A program made the translations under genes and the position numbers. A stretch of 64,000 nt of DNA, taken from a bacterium (lineage in GTDB: Bacteria; UBA8248). Positions within the stretch are counted from its first letter, which is position 1; each line of letters begins with the position of its first letter. Shown here in pieces: positions 10,225 to 19,985 of the stretch. The stretch spans positions 1,024,001 through 1,088,000 of the forward strand of contig CBDBEV010000001.1 in assembly GCA_965204535.1 (NCBI GenBank), given 5' to 3'. The notes beneath the pieces were generated by a model that saw only the letters and a program-made list of their open reading frames with translations, was not told where the DNA came from and made no database searches.

Positions 10225-10829
10225 TCGACGGGCCGAGCCTCCTCGCTCTGGCGGTGGTTTTCGGCGCGGTCGTCTACTGCGTTTTCTTTCGAGACGTGTG
10301 GCTGACCCGCCGCATGAAGCCGCTAATCGAAATTCTGGATGCGGGTACGGCCCGTCTCGAAGGCGGACGGCTGAGCGGTCGCTATTCGGGAAAGCGCGCG
10401 TGGTTCGAGTATCGCGCGCAAACCCGCCAAAGCCCCGCCGCGATGCGGATAGGCGTCGCCTGCGCCGCTTCTCATTCGTTCAGAATCCACAAGAAAGCGG
10501 AAAGCCTCCAGCCGCCTGAGCGCGCTTGTCTTGAGAATGAAGTCGCCGGCCCGAATCTTCAGAACTTCTATTCGGGCGATCCGCTCTGGGATTCAGAACT
10601 CGCACTTGCGGCGGAGTGCGAAGCCTCGTTCCGCGGGTGGATCAACCGGCCCGACGTGCACGAAACTGTAGGCGCGATAGTCTTGCGGCCTCTCACCACC
10701 ATCTTGCTCTGCGATAAGGACGCGCTGTGGGCCGTCTATCCGGGGGCTTCCGCCGAGGCCGTCTTCCAGAGTTCTTTCGCCAGGGATGCGCTCGATGAAC
10801 TCGTGTTGCTGAGCGAAACCCTGGCTTGA
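10218..10829 (+). CDS. Hypothetical protein with N-terminal membrane anchor
   Basis: Overlaps VOC stop; GGAGG RBS; single hydrophobic helix. Confidence 0.6.
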   Translation: MLIDGPSLLALAVVFGAVVYCVFFRDVWLTRRMKPLIEILDAGTARLEGGRLSGRYSGKRAWFEYRAQTRQSPAAMRIGVACAASHSFRIHKKAESLQPPERACLENEVAGPNLQNFYSGDPLWDSELALAAECEASFRGWINRPDVHETVGAIVLRPLTTILLCDKDALWAVYPGASAEAVFQSSFARDALDELVLLSETLA

Positions 10830-10882
10830 GGGTTATGCGGCGGGTATTCGAGCGTGAGCGCTCATAAACCGATATCTGAAAA

Positions 10883-11476
10883 CTATTTTTTAAGCGGCGG
10901 GAGCCTCAACAGGATGAGGTTGAACTTCTCGTCCATCAGGTCGAATTTCTTGTCCATCTTCTCGTCCAGACGGGTTATTCTTTCGTTAATTTTCAGTTCC
11001 AAACGGTCTATTTTCTTCTCGATTTTTTGATCCAGCACTTCTATTTTCCTCTCGAGTTTCCGATCCAGCATCGTTATCTTGCTATCGAACTTCTGGTTCA
11101 ACTGGCTTATTTTCGTGTCGATCTTCTGGCTCAACCGGGTAATTTTCGTGTCGACCGTCTGGTTCAACTGACTTGTTTTCGTGTCGATTTGCTCATTCAG
11201 CAGGTCTATTCTTTCTCTGTTCTGCCCGATAGCTTCACGCAATTGGCCGAAATGCTCGTTCATCTGCTTCTCGAAGCGGGCGAAGTTGCCGTTCGTGTTC
11301 CCGTCCGCCGCGTCGAGCCTCTTGACTTCCGCGTCGACGCGCGCCCTGACGGGCGTGACCTGGGCGCTGACCATGAATACCGTGAATTGATAGATACCGC
11401 CCGCTATCGCGGCCATGAACAGCCCGAACGTCCATACGCCGGCGTTGGTTTTGAAATGATCGAAGAGTTTTTGCAT
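10883..11476 (-). CDS. Membrane-anchored coiled-coil protein with 11-residue repeats (Bdr/CCDC90-like)
   Basis: N-terminal TM followed by KIDTKISQLNQ-type hendecad repeats. Confidence 0.75.
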   Translation of the reverse strand: MQKLFDHFKTNAGVWTFGLFMAAIAGGIYQFTVFMVSAQVTPVRARVDAEVKRLDAADGNTNGNFARFEKQMNEHFGQLREAIGQNRERIDLLNEQIDTKTSQLNQTVDTKITRLSQKIDTKISQLNQKFDSKITMLDRKLERKIEVLDQKIEKKIDRLELKINERITRLDEKMDKKFDLMDEKFNLILLRLPPLKK

Positions 11477-11526
11477 GGTTCCCCCCGCCTCCGGTGAGTA
11501 AGAAAGAGTACGGGTCCTCTACACGG

Positions 11527-11555
11527 AGACTAGCGATTTTGGACCGAAAAGTCAA
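11527..11555 (-). promoter_or_regulatory. Putative sigma70 promoter of the coiled-coil gene
   Basis: TTGACT-N17-TAGTCT on the minus strand. Confidence 0.5.
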
Positions 11556-11763
11556 AAGGGCATCATAAGCAGCCTGTTTCTCGTTCTCCGTTCTTTATGA
11601 ATATCCCCCTTTGGCAGGGGTGGTTCGCGAACCGCCCTGCTGTATGAAGAAATGGCAGGTTCGGAAGCGACTGGAATTGCGGAGCGCCCCGCCTTTCCGC
11701 CTCCCCCGCATCTGTACTAGAATCGCCGGAATTTCATACTAAAAACGCAGGGGAGTATTCCGC

Positions 11764-12882
11764 ATGGCCAACTATCACGAACGCCCGGCGCCGCGCTTCG
11801 ACTGGTTCATCCCGATCGACGGCGACGGCGAACACATCGGCACGCTGCGGGCCGAGCGTCCGCCCACGTTTGAATACCTGAGCGAGGTGGTGAAGGCGGC
11901 GGAGGAGAACGGTTTCTACTCCATGCTCATCCCCACGCGCTTCGCCAACGGGCTTTTCGACCAGGGCGCGCCCCTGGCGGAGACCTGGACGATGGTGACG
12001 GCGCTCGCCGCGCGAAGCGAGAAGATACGTTTTCTCATCGCCGTGCGCCCCGGTTTCGTGAACCCCGGTCTTTTCGCGCAGATGGCGGCCACGCTCAGCC
12101 AGATCACGGGCGGGCGCGTGGATTTGAACGTCGTGCCCGGCGGCATCAAGGGCGAGTTCGAAAAGATGGGCGAGCGGATCGACCACGACACGCGCTACGA
12201 GCGGGCGGAGGAGTTCATCGCCGCCATCCGCAAGCTCTGGGAAAAACCTGAGCCTGTCAGCTTCGACGGAAAATTCGTGAAGCTGAGCGACGTGCACTGC
12301 TCGCCCGGCCCGGCGGGAGAGACGCCCCAGTTCTATCTCGGCGGCGCATCGCCCGCCGCGCTCAAGCTCGCGGGAACGCAGTCGGATGTCTATCTCGGCT
12401 GGATAGGGCCGGTGGAGGAGACCAGAAAGCACCTGGAGCGCGCACGGGCCTCTTTCGCCGAGGCGGGGCGGACGCCCGTCTTCGGCGTGCGCTCCCATCT
12501 GGTGATGCGCGACACTGAAGAAGATGCCTGGGAGGAGACGCGCGAGCTTTTGAGCCGCGCGGAGGATTCCGTGAAGGCGCAGCGCGGTGCGCTGGTGGCC
12601 GGCACGAGCATGGTGGGCGCCGCCGCGCAGGCGCGCGCGTTCGAGGATTTCCGGGTCGGGCCGCATCTTTGGAACGGCATCTCCCAGGTGCGGGTGAACT
12701 GCGGCTCCGCGCTCGTGGGAACGCCCGAGCAAATCACAGAGGAGCTTCTGGGCTATTGGCGGCTGGGCATCGACGAGTTCATCCTCTCGGGCTACCCCCA
12801 CGTGGAGGAATGCCACCGCGCCGCGCGCGACCTGATTCCCCGAATCAAGGAGATGATCGAGCGCGAGCGTAGCGCGGCGTAA
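11764..12882 (+). CDS. LLM-class flavin-dependent monooxygenase (SsuD/SfnG-like)
   Basis: WFIPIDGDG, LIAVRPG, GRVDLNVV and FILSGYPH motifs. Confidence 0.9.
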   Translation: MANYHERPAPRFDWFIPIDGDGEHIGTLRAERPPTFEYLSEVVKAAEENGFYSMLIPTRFANGLFDQGAPLAETWTMVTALAARSEKIRFLIAVRPGFVNPGLFAQMAATLSQITGGRVDLNVVPGGIKGEFEKMGERIDHDTRYERAEEFIAAIRKLWEKPEPVSFDGKFVKLSDVHCSPGPAGETPQFYLGGASPAALKLAGTQSDVYLGWIGPVEETRKHLERARASFAEAGRTPVFGVRSHLVMRDTEEDAWEETRELLSRAEDSVKAQRGALVAGTSMVGAAAQARAFEDFRVGPHLWNGISQVRVNCGSALVGTPEQITEELLGYWRLGIDEFILSGYPHVEECHRAARDLIPRIKEMIERERSAA

Positions 12883-12976
12883 GACTGGCGCAAGGTTTTG
12901 CGCTTTAACGGGCGGGAGGCGTTTTCCGTTCTTTATCCTGTCAGGCAATCCATACTGATTATATGAAGGAGAGATC

Positions 12977-13960
12977 ATGCGAGCCGTCTGGTATGAAGCG
13001 TATGGCCCGGCCAAGGAAGTGCTGGAATTCGGTGAACTCGAAACCCCGGAACCAGGAACCGGCGAGGTGCGCGTGAGGCTCCACGCCTCGGGCGCGAACC
13101 CTTCGGACTACAAAGGCCGCCTGGGTTCTCGCGGCGAGATGCGCTGGCCGAGAATTATCCCGCACTCGGACGGCGCGGGCGTCATCGAGAGCGTGGGCGA
13201 GGGCGTGGACGCGGCCCGCGTGGGCGAGCGCGTCTGGATATTCAACGGCCAGTGGCAAAGGCCATACGGCACGGCGGCGGAGTTCATCGTTCTGCCCGAG
13301 CGGCAGGCGGTGCCGCTGGCGGATTCGGTGGATTTCGCCCAGGGCGCGTGTCTGGCAATTCCGGCGATGACCGCCCACAGGGCGCTTTTTATCGACGGGC
13401 CTATCATGGGGCAGACCGCGCTCGTCACCGGCGGGGCGGGCGCCGTGGGGCGCTACGGCGTGCAGCTCGCCAAGTGGGGGGGCGCCGATGTCATCGCCAC
13501 GGTCAGCAGCGAGGAGAAGGCGCGGATCGCGCGCGAGGCGGGTGCGGACCACGTCGTGAACTACCGCGATGAGGACGCGGCGGAGCGCATCATGGAGATT
13601 ACAAATGGGGCGGGCGTGGACAGGATTTGCGAGGTGGATTTCGGCGAGAACCTCGAAATCACCCGCCAAGTGCTCAAGGGAAACGGAACCGTCGCCGCCT
13701 ACGGCTCCACGCGCGTTCCCGAGCCCGTCCTGCCCTGGTACCAGATGATGCCCGAGAACACGGCCGTCCGCATGGTGTTCGTCTACACCATGCCGGATTC
13801 GGCGATAGCCCAGGCCTGTGCGGACATCAACGCCGCGTGCGATGCGGGCGCGCTCACCCACCACATCGGCGCGCGCTTTGCCCTAGAGGAGACCGCCGCC
13901 GCGCACGAGATCATGGAGAATTTCGCGAATGTCGGGAACGTGGTGGTGGAAATCGATTGA
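12977..13960 (+). CDS. NADPH:quinone reductase / zeta-crystallin-like MDR
   Basis: GANPSD, IPHSDGAG and GGAGAVG motifs. Confidence 0.9.
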   Translation: MRAVWYEAYGPAKEVLEFGELETPEPGTGEVRVRLHASGANPSDYKGRLGSRGEMRWPRIIPHSDGAGVIESVGEGVDAARVGERVWIFNGQWQRPYGTAAEFIVLPERQAVPLADSVDFAQGACLAIPAMTAHRALFIDGPIMGQTALVTGGAGAVGRYGVQLAKWGGADVIATVSSEEKARIAREAGADHVVNYRDEDAAERIMEITNGAGVDRICEVDFGENLEITRQVLKGNGTVAAYGSTRVPEPVLPWYQMMPENTAVRMVFVYTMPDSAIAQACADINAACDAGALTHHIGARFALEETAAAHEIMENFANVGNVVVEID

Positions 13961-14235
13961 GGCGGGCGGAGGCGCTTGCGCGCGGAATCTTCTTGAAAGA
14001 TAGCGCGCGAGGGCCTATATTTGAAGTAGACCATAGGGGGTTGATGGAGTGATGGAGTCTAGTCCCCTGAAGCAGCGCGCCGGCCTCTTGGGGGATGTCA
14101 AAAGACAGCCGGCGCAAGGAATTCGGCAGGCCTCCGCAGGCGGAAAAACAAGAAAGCGGGGTCTCCGGAGACTCCGCTTTTTGCTTGGCGCACGGACGGG
14201 CACATTGCATTTCATTCATATCGGAGGGAAACGCC

Positions 14236-14748
14236 ATGCGAATATATGACCCCAAGAAAGTACTGGCAGCCGTAGATTTCTCGGAACTCAGCCGGGGCGT
14301 CCTGAAGGTCGCGGCGGAGATCGGGGAGAACCGCAACGCCGAAGTCATGGCCATTCACGTAGCGAGAAATCCCGACTACGCGGCTAAATACGGCGGCTAC
14401 GGCGCGGAGCTCGTAGGCACCATCTCTCCGAGCAAATTACTCGAAGATACGCGCGTCGAACTGGAGAGCAACCTCGACGTGATGACGAAACAAATCGAAT
14501 CGGCCGTGCCCATTGAGACCCTCGTCGTATTCGGCGAACCGGTGAAGGAGATCGTCCAATTCGCCGACACGGGGGATTTCGACCTCCTCGTCATGGGTAC
14601 GCACGGCCACAACATGGTGAGCCGATTCCTGATCGGGAGCGTCTCCGAGCAGGTCCTGAGGCGCGCGCCGTGTCCGGTGTTCCTGCTGAGGGACAAGGTG
14701 GCCCTGAAAAAGCTGGAGGAAATGGACGCGGAATCGGTCGAAAGCTAG
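14236..14748 (+). CDS. Universal stress protein
   Basis: AVDFS, DLLVMGTHG and GSVSEQVLRRAPCPV motifs. Confidence 0.92.
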   Translation: MRIYDPKKVLAAVDFSELSRGVLKVAAEIGENRNAEVMAIHVARNPDYAAKYGGYGAELVGTISPSKLLEDTRVELESNLDVMTKQIESAVPIETLVVFGEPVKEIVQFADTGDFDLLVMGTHGHNMVSRFLIGSVSEQVLRRAPCPVFLLRDKVALKKLEEMDAESVES

Positions 14749-14764
14749 AATCAAGCCGCATCGC

Positions 14765-14810
14765 ACCGCCCCCTCCGGCTCAGGAACCGCGCCGGAGGGG
14801 GCGGTTTTTT
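14765..14810 (+). terminator. Intrinsic terminator
   Basis: ACCGCCCCCTCCGGC/GCCGGAGGGGGCGGT stem followed by a T run. Confidence 0.75.
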
Positions 14811-14894
14811 GCGCATGTTTCCCGCCGCCGTCGCCTTTTGCGTGTCGTTCGGTTTGCGGCTCGTGAAATACTTGAGGCGGACTTGCTGCGCTTG

Positions 14895-14922
14895 TTGACA
14901 AAAAACGACGCTTTCATACAAT
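14895..14922 (+). promoter_or_regulatory. Sigma70 promoter of the ABC operon
   Basis: TTGACA-N16-TACAAT. Confidence 0.65.
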
Positions 14923-15067
14923 GCGCTGTTACAAAGGCATTATGAGTTGCATATACGGGCCGAGAGGCGGGTTCATCCGTCGGCCGGCGTTCCATCGTGC
15001 GATGAACGCATTCAGCGGATTCCATTCGCCCACTCGGTCACCCCAAGAATGAAGGAGGAACACCCAG

Positions 15068-16519
15068 ATGAGCGAGAAGCAGATCAAAAGAAGAAGCCTC
15101 CTGAAGGCCGGTCTGGCCACCGCTGTTGCGGGTCCCGCCGTTCTCGGCGGCGCGGGCAAATCCCATGCCGGGCCCGAGGAGGACGCCGTCGTCAAAGCCG
15201 GCAAGAAGCTGGGCGGCGCCAAGCTGAACGGTATGATGTGGGGCCTCTACTGGCGGAACTACCCTGACCTCAACCGCGAGTTCAATAAAGCCACCGGCAT
15301 CTCCATGGACAAGGTCAGTGACGTTCCCAACCTGCAGATTCCCCAGCGGGCCATGGCCGAGGCCATCACGCGCTCGGGCAAGTTCGACATCTTCCACGTC
15401 GAGTCCATGATGATTCCCTCCCTCGTGGCGGCGGGAATGCTCGAGCCCCTCGACGACTACATGAAGGCCGCCGGTTTCGACCTCAAGATGGTGGGCAACT
15501 TCGAGACCTTCATGACGTATCAGGGCAAGACCTACGCCATGCCCACGGACGGCAACGTCTGCCCGCAGTTCATCCGCAAGGACCTGTTCGACAATCCCGA
15601 TGAGCGCAAGGCCTTCGCCGACAAGCACGGCAAGCCTCTCAAGTGGCCGGTCACCTGGGAAGACGAACTCGAAATGATGAAACACTTCCACAGGCCCGAC
15701 AAGGAGCTCTACGGTTTCGGCGGCCTGCGTGACAAGGCGAACAGCAGCTTCTGGTACTGGATGTATCTCTACAGCGCGGGCGGCTTCCCGTTCGACGACG
15801 ACGCCAACCCCACGCTGAACACGCCTGCGGCCGAATACGCCTTCGACACCTGGCTCGCCCGCAAGCAGGTTTCCCACCCCGAGGCGGGCGCTTGGGGTTC
15901 GCCGCAGATGATCCCCCGGATCCGCAACGGCAAGATTTTCTCCTGCCAGTACTGGGACGGAATTATCGCCGCCATCGAAAGCCCGACGGCGGGCACCAAA
16001 ACCAGGGGCATGTGGCATTACGGCCTGGTTCCGGGTTCGAAGTTCTCCGGCAAGCTCATCCACCGCGCCTTCTCCGCTCCGGTGATGGCCATGGTGGTGA
16101 ACCGTCACAGCCCGCGCAAGAAACAGGCCGTCGCATGGGCCATGTACATGAGCACCTACAAGAACAGCGCCGAGGTCGTGGGCCATCCGAAGTTCACCTT
16201 CCACGATCCCTGGCATCCCAAGCACATGACCGACCCGCAGGTGACCAAGGTCTACACCAAGCCGGGCATCAAGTCCGTGGAGGACAACCTCCTCGTCACC
16301 TGCCCGCCGCCGTATGTGACCGGCTACCAGGAGTTCAAGGAAGTCGTCGACCGGAACCTCTCCGAGGCCTACGCGGGCCGCAAGAAGGGCGCCAAGAAGG
16401 TGATGGGCGACATCCAGAGCGAATGGGCCAAGATCATCCGCAAGGTCGGCAAGCGCAAGCTCAAGAAGGAGATTCCCTTCTACAAGGCCATGATGCCGAA
16501 GGTTGACAAACCCATGTAA
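15068..16519 (+). CDS. ABC transporter substrate-binding protein (CUT1), Tat signal
   Basis: KRRSLLK twin-Arg motif; sugar-SBP-like; precedes the permeases. Confidence 0.88.
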   Translation: MSEKQIKRRSLLKAGLATAVAGPAVLGGAGKSHAGPEEDAVVKAGKKLGGAKLNGMMWGLYWRNYPDLNREFNKATGISMDKVSDVPNLQIPQRAMAEAITRSGKFDIFHVESMMIPSLVAAGMLEPLDDYMKAAGFDLKMVGNFETFMTYQGKTYAMPTDGNVCPQFIRKDLFDNPDERKAFADKHGKPLKWPVTWEDELEMMKHFHRPDKELYGFGGLRDKANSSFWYWMYLYSAGGFPFDDDANPTLNTPAAEYAFDTWLARKQVSHPEAGAWGSPQMIPRIRNGKIFSCQYWDGIIAAIESPTAGTKTRGMWHYGLVPGSKFSGKLIHRAFSAPVMAMVVNRHSPRKKQAVAWAMYMSTYKNSAEVVGHPKFTFHDPWHPKHMTDPQVTKVYTKPGIKSVEDNLLVTCPPPYVTGYQEFKEVVDRNLSEAYAGRKKGAKKVMGDIQSEWAKIIRKVGKRKLKKEIPFYKAMMPKVDKPM

Positions 16520-16683
16520 GACGAACCTTCTCTCCCCGGGGCGCGGCTCCGGGGCGGAGGTTTCATGTTTCGCCGGTTGGGGCGGGCGGGGAATCGCCCG
16601 CCCCGGCTGCCGACGCGATTATCGCTTCCGAATGGTTTCCGGCGTACGCTCCGATTCATTCGATACCGCAGGAGTCTTGTTGA

Positions 16684-17646
16684 ATGGCGACGGCCACAAT
16701 TGCGCAGCCCAAGGGTAGACGCTCCACGCGCGCCCGGGGCGTGCGCATATTCAAATGGAGCGTGCTCTCTCCGCTGATTCTCCTGTTCGCGTTCCTGATA
16801 CCCGTCTTTCTCTTGCAGATATATTTTTCGTTCCATTCCTGGACGGTTTATCTCTCCACGTGGTTCGACGCGGAGTTCGTGGGGCTGGAGTTGTTCCAGG
16901 AGGTGTTGACCGAAGGTCGTTTCTGGAGAGCCATGGGGCGCTCGCTCATGTTCGCGGGTCTCTCGACGCTGGGTTGTTTCATATGCGGCTTCATTCTGGC
17001 GCTGTTGATGTACAAGCCCTTCCGGGGACAGGCGTTCTTCTACATTCTCTTCATCCTCCCGATGCTGACGGTGCCCGTAGTCATCGCCTACACCGCCGAC
17101 ATGCTCTTGTATGAAAAAGGGCCGATCAACGGATTCCTGAGCTATTTCCTGCCGGGGGACCTCTCGAAGTTCACCTGGCTGTCGAATCCCAATTTCGCGA
17201 TCTTCACGATTATATTGCTCGAAATATGGAACTGGACGCCTTTCGTCTTCATCATCATGCTGGCCGGCCTCTCCTCGCTGCCGACCGAACCGGTGGAGGC
17301 TGCGCGTATTCTGGGGGCGAACCGCCTGCAGATATTCCGCGAGATCCAGCTTCCGCTCCTGCGTCCCGTCATATTCCTGGCGCTCATCCTGCGCTTCCTG
17401 GAGGCCATGGCGGAATTTCCCAAAACGTGGGGCCTAATCCAGGGAGGGCCCGGCACCGCTACAGAGACGATACCCATCTATCTCTATTTCACGACCTGGG
17501 TGTCGTTCGACATATCGAAGGGCGCGGCGATGTCCTACGTAGTCATGGTGCTCATGATATTCATCGTTCTCACGGCGATCTACGTGCTGCGCCGCGAGAA
17601 GCGGGCGCTCGACGCCCTGCATGAAACGTCGCGCACGGAGGCCTAG
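16684..17646 (+). CDS. ABC transporter permease
   Basis: EAARILGA EAA loop; TM helices. Confidence 0.92.
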   Translation: MATATIAQPKGRRSTRARGVRIFKWSVLSPLILLFAFLIPVFLLQIYFSFHSWTVYLSTWFDAEFVGLELFQEVLTEGRFWRAMGRSLMFAGLSTLGCFICGFILALLMYKPFRGQAFFYILFILPMLTVPVVIAYTADMLLYEKGPINGFLSYFLPGDLSKFTWLSNPNFAIFTIILLEIWNWTPFVFIIMLAGLSSLPTEPVEAARILGANRLQIFREIQLPLLRPVIFLALILRFLEAMAEFPKTWGLIQGGPGTATETIPIYLYFTTWVSFDISKGAAMSYVVMVLMIFIVLTAIYVLRREKRALDALHETSRTEA

Positions 17647-17648
17647 AC

Positions 17649-18551
17649 ATGAACCGAGTACAGAAGGCGCGCCTGTTCACCATATTCCGCTACGCCATGC
17701 TTTTCATATGGTCGGTGATCGTGGCGTTCCCGATTTTCTGGATCGTTTCCACCTCGTTCAAGCCCGACTGGGAATGGCACGCCTGGCCGCCGGTCTACTG
17801 GTCGAAGGAGGCCTCCTGGGTCAACTACCAGGCCGTGTGGGGCAGGCCCGAAAGTCCCCGCACCGCCACCGAGGAGAAAACACAGACGGCCCGCTACGAG
17901 TCGCACTCGGCCAACAAACCCTGGCAGGCGCTGTGGAACAGCCTCTACATCGCCATCACCGCCACGGCGCTTTCGGTCGCATTCGGAGTCATTCTGGCCT
18001 ACGGAGTCTCGCGGTACCGGATATTATCGGAGATACGGATGTTCCAGCTCCTTGTGCTCAGGATGATTCCGCCCATTGTGGTGGCGGCGCCGCTGACGCT
18101 CTACTATTCGGCGATCCATCTGATGGACACGGCGCTGGGGCTGATTATCGTCTATTTCATCACTACGTTGCCGTATTCCGTCTGGATGACGAAGAGCTTC
18201 GTGGACGAGGTTCCCGTCGAGATCGAACAGGCCGCCGAGATTCTCGGCGCCACCAAGTGGCAGGCGATCCGCGAGGTGATATTCCCGCTCATACGCTCCG
18301 GCATCGTGGCGACGTTCCTGTTCATCCTCATTCTGACGTGGAGCGAATATCTGCTCTCTCTCATGCTGTCGAAGGTGGACGTGGTGACGCTGCCCGTCCA
18401 GTTGGCGAAATACGAAGGCTCCGACGAGGGCCGCGTCTACGGCCACCAGGCCGCTCTGGCGGTGGGAATCACCCTGCCGCTCATGGTCATCGGCATTTTC
18501 ATTCGAAAACACCTGGTGCGAGGTTTCACTTTCGGAATGGTGAAGAGGTAA
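17649..18551 (+). CDS. ABC transporter permease
   Basis: EIEQAAEILGA EAA loop; TM helices. Confidence 0.92.
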   Translation: MNRVQKARLFTIFRYAMLFIWSVIVAFPIFWIVSTSFKPDWEWHAWPPVYWSKEASWVNYQAVWGRPESPRTATEEKTQTARYESHSANKPWQALWNSLYIAITATALSVAFGVILAYGVSRYRILSEIRMFQLLVLRMIPPIVVAAPLTLYYSAIHLMDTALGLIIVYFITTLPYSVWMTKSFVDEVPVEIEQAAEILGATKWQAIREVIFPLIRSGIVATFLFILILTWSEYLLSLMLSKVDVVTLPVQLAKYEGSDEGRVYGHQAALAVGITLPLMVIGIFIRKHLVRGFTFGMVKR

Positions 18552-18558
18552 AAGGACA

Positions 18559-19632
18559 ATGGCAAGAATCGAACTCAAGGGCTTACGCAAGGTATTCGGC
18601 AGGAACATCGAGGCCGTGAAGAACCTCGACTTCACCATCGAGGAAGGCGAGTTTGTCGTCATCGTCGGCCCTTCAGGATGCGGGAAGACGACCACGCTGC
18701 GCATGATCGCGGGTTTCGAGGAACCCACCGCGGGCGAGATCGAAATCGACGGGCGGCTCGTGAACGACGTCGACCCCGGAGACCGCGGCGTCGGCATGGT
18801 CTTCCAGACGCACGCCCTGTTCCCGCACAAGACGGTGGCCGAGAACATCGAGTTCGGCCCGCGCATGAAGAAGGTGCCCGAGGAAACGCGCAAACAGCAG
18901 GTGCGCGAGGTGGCCGACATGGTGCGCATCACACACCTCCTCCACAAGCTGCCCGTCGAATGCTCGGGCGGCGAGGCGCAGCGCGCCGCACTGGCCCGCA
19001 CCCTCATCACCGACCCGGCCGCCTTTCTGCTCGACGAGCCGCTCTCGAGCCTCGACGCCAAGCTCAGGCGTGAGATGCGCGCCGAGATCGACAGGCTGCA
19101 CGAGGAACTCAAGAAAACCTTCGTCTACGTCACGCACGATCAGGAGGAGGCCATGACGCTGGCCGACCGCATCGTGGTGATGCGCGACGGCGTCATCGAG
19201 CAGGTGGGGACGCCGCTGGAAATCTACAACGACCCGGTCAGCTACTTCGTGGCCGATTTCTTCGGCAGCCCCTCCATGAACCTCATCGCGGGAAAGGTGG
19301 AGGGCTCGAACGGCGCCGCCGCCTTCACGGGGGCCGGAATCGAATTCAAACTCCCCGACGCCTACGCGGGCGTATCTCCGGGGGACTACACCCTGGGCGT
19401 GCGGCCCGAGCACATCGTGGTGGGAAGCCAGGATGCCGCCTTCTCATGCGACATTCAGCTCGTCGAGCCCCTCGGCAAGGACACGCTGCTCTACTTCGAG
19501 CACGGCGCCGAGCGTCCGACCATCGCGATCATCGAGGCGAGCGATCGCTTCAAAGAAGGCGAGCGGTTGAACGTCACTTTCGACTCCGAGCGCGTCTATC
19601 TCTTCGAACCCGACGGAACGCGCGTACGTTAG
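18559..19632 (+). CDS. ABC transporter ATP-binding protein (MalK-like)
   Basis: GPSGCGKTT, CSGGE, LLDEPLS and VTHDQEEA motifs. Confidence 0.95.
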   Translation: MARIELKGLRKVFGRNIEAVKNLDFTIEEGEFVVIVGPSGCGKTTTLRMIAGFEEPTAGEIEIDGRLVNDVDPGDRGVGMVFQTHALFPHKTVAENIEFGPRMKKVPEETRKQQVREVADMVRITHLLHKLPVECSGGEAQRAALARTLITDPAAFLLDEPLSSLDAKLRREMRAEIDRLHEELKKTFVYVTHDQEEAMTLADRIVVMRDGVIEQVGTPLEIYNDPVSYFVADFFGSPSMNLIAGKVEGSNGAAAFTGAGIEFKLPDAYAGVSPGDYTLGVRPEHIVVGSQDAAFSCDIQLVEPLGKDTLLYFEHGAERPTIAIIEASDRFKEGERLNVTFDSERVYLFEPDGTRVR

Positions 19633-19985
19633 CACTTCCTCAAAAGAGCCGGCACGAAAAGTATCGGGTCACTCGCCATCGGCGTGATCCATGGTGCAGG
19701 AGCGCCGAAGCACTTCGTTCGTACCGCTATCGTGGAATCTGCCCGTAAAACGCCATTTTCTGGTTTGTTGCGCTCGAATTTATCTTGACTAGCTCAAGGC
19801 GATAACTATATCTTGCAGAAGCGCACATCAAAACAAGATAAGAGAACTTCCAGGAAATAAATTACCTTGTCTGCAACGAGGGGGGACCCACTGGCATGCA
19901 TCCAGCCCACTCCAGCCACTTCGCCCATCGCGCCCGCATCGGGCGGTCGACGAACCGCCTCCCGGCAGAGGCCGTTCGGGAATCC

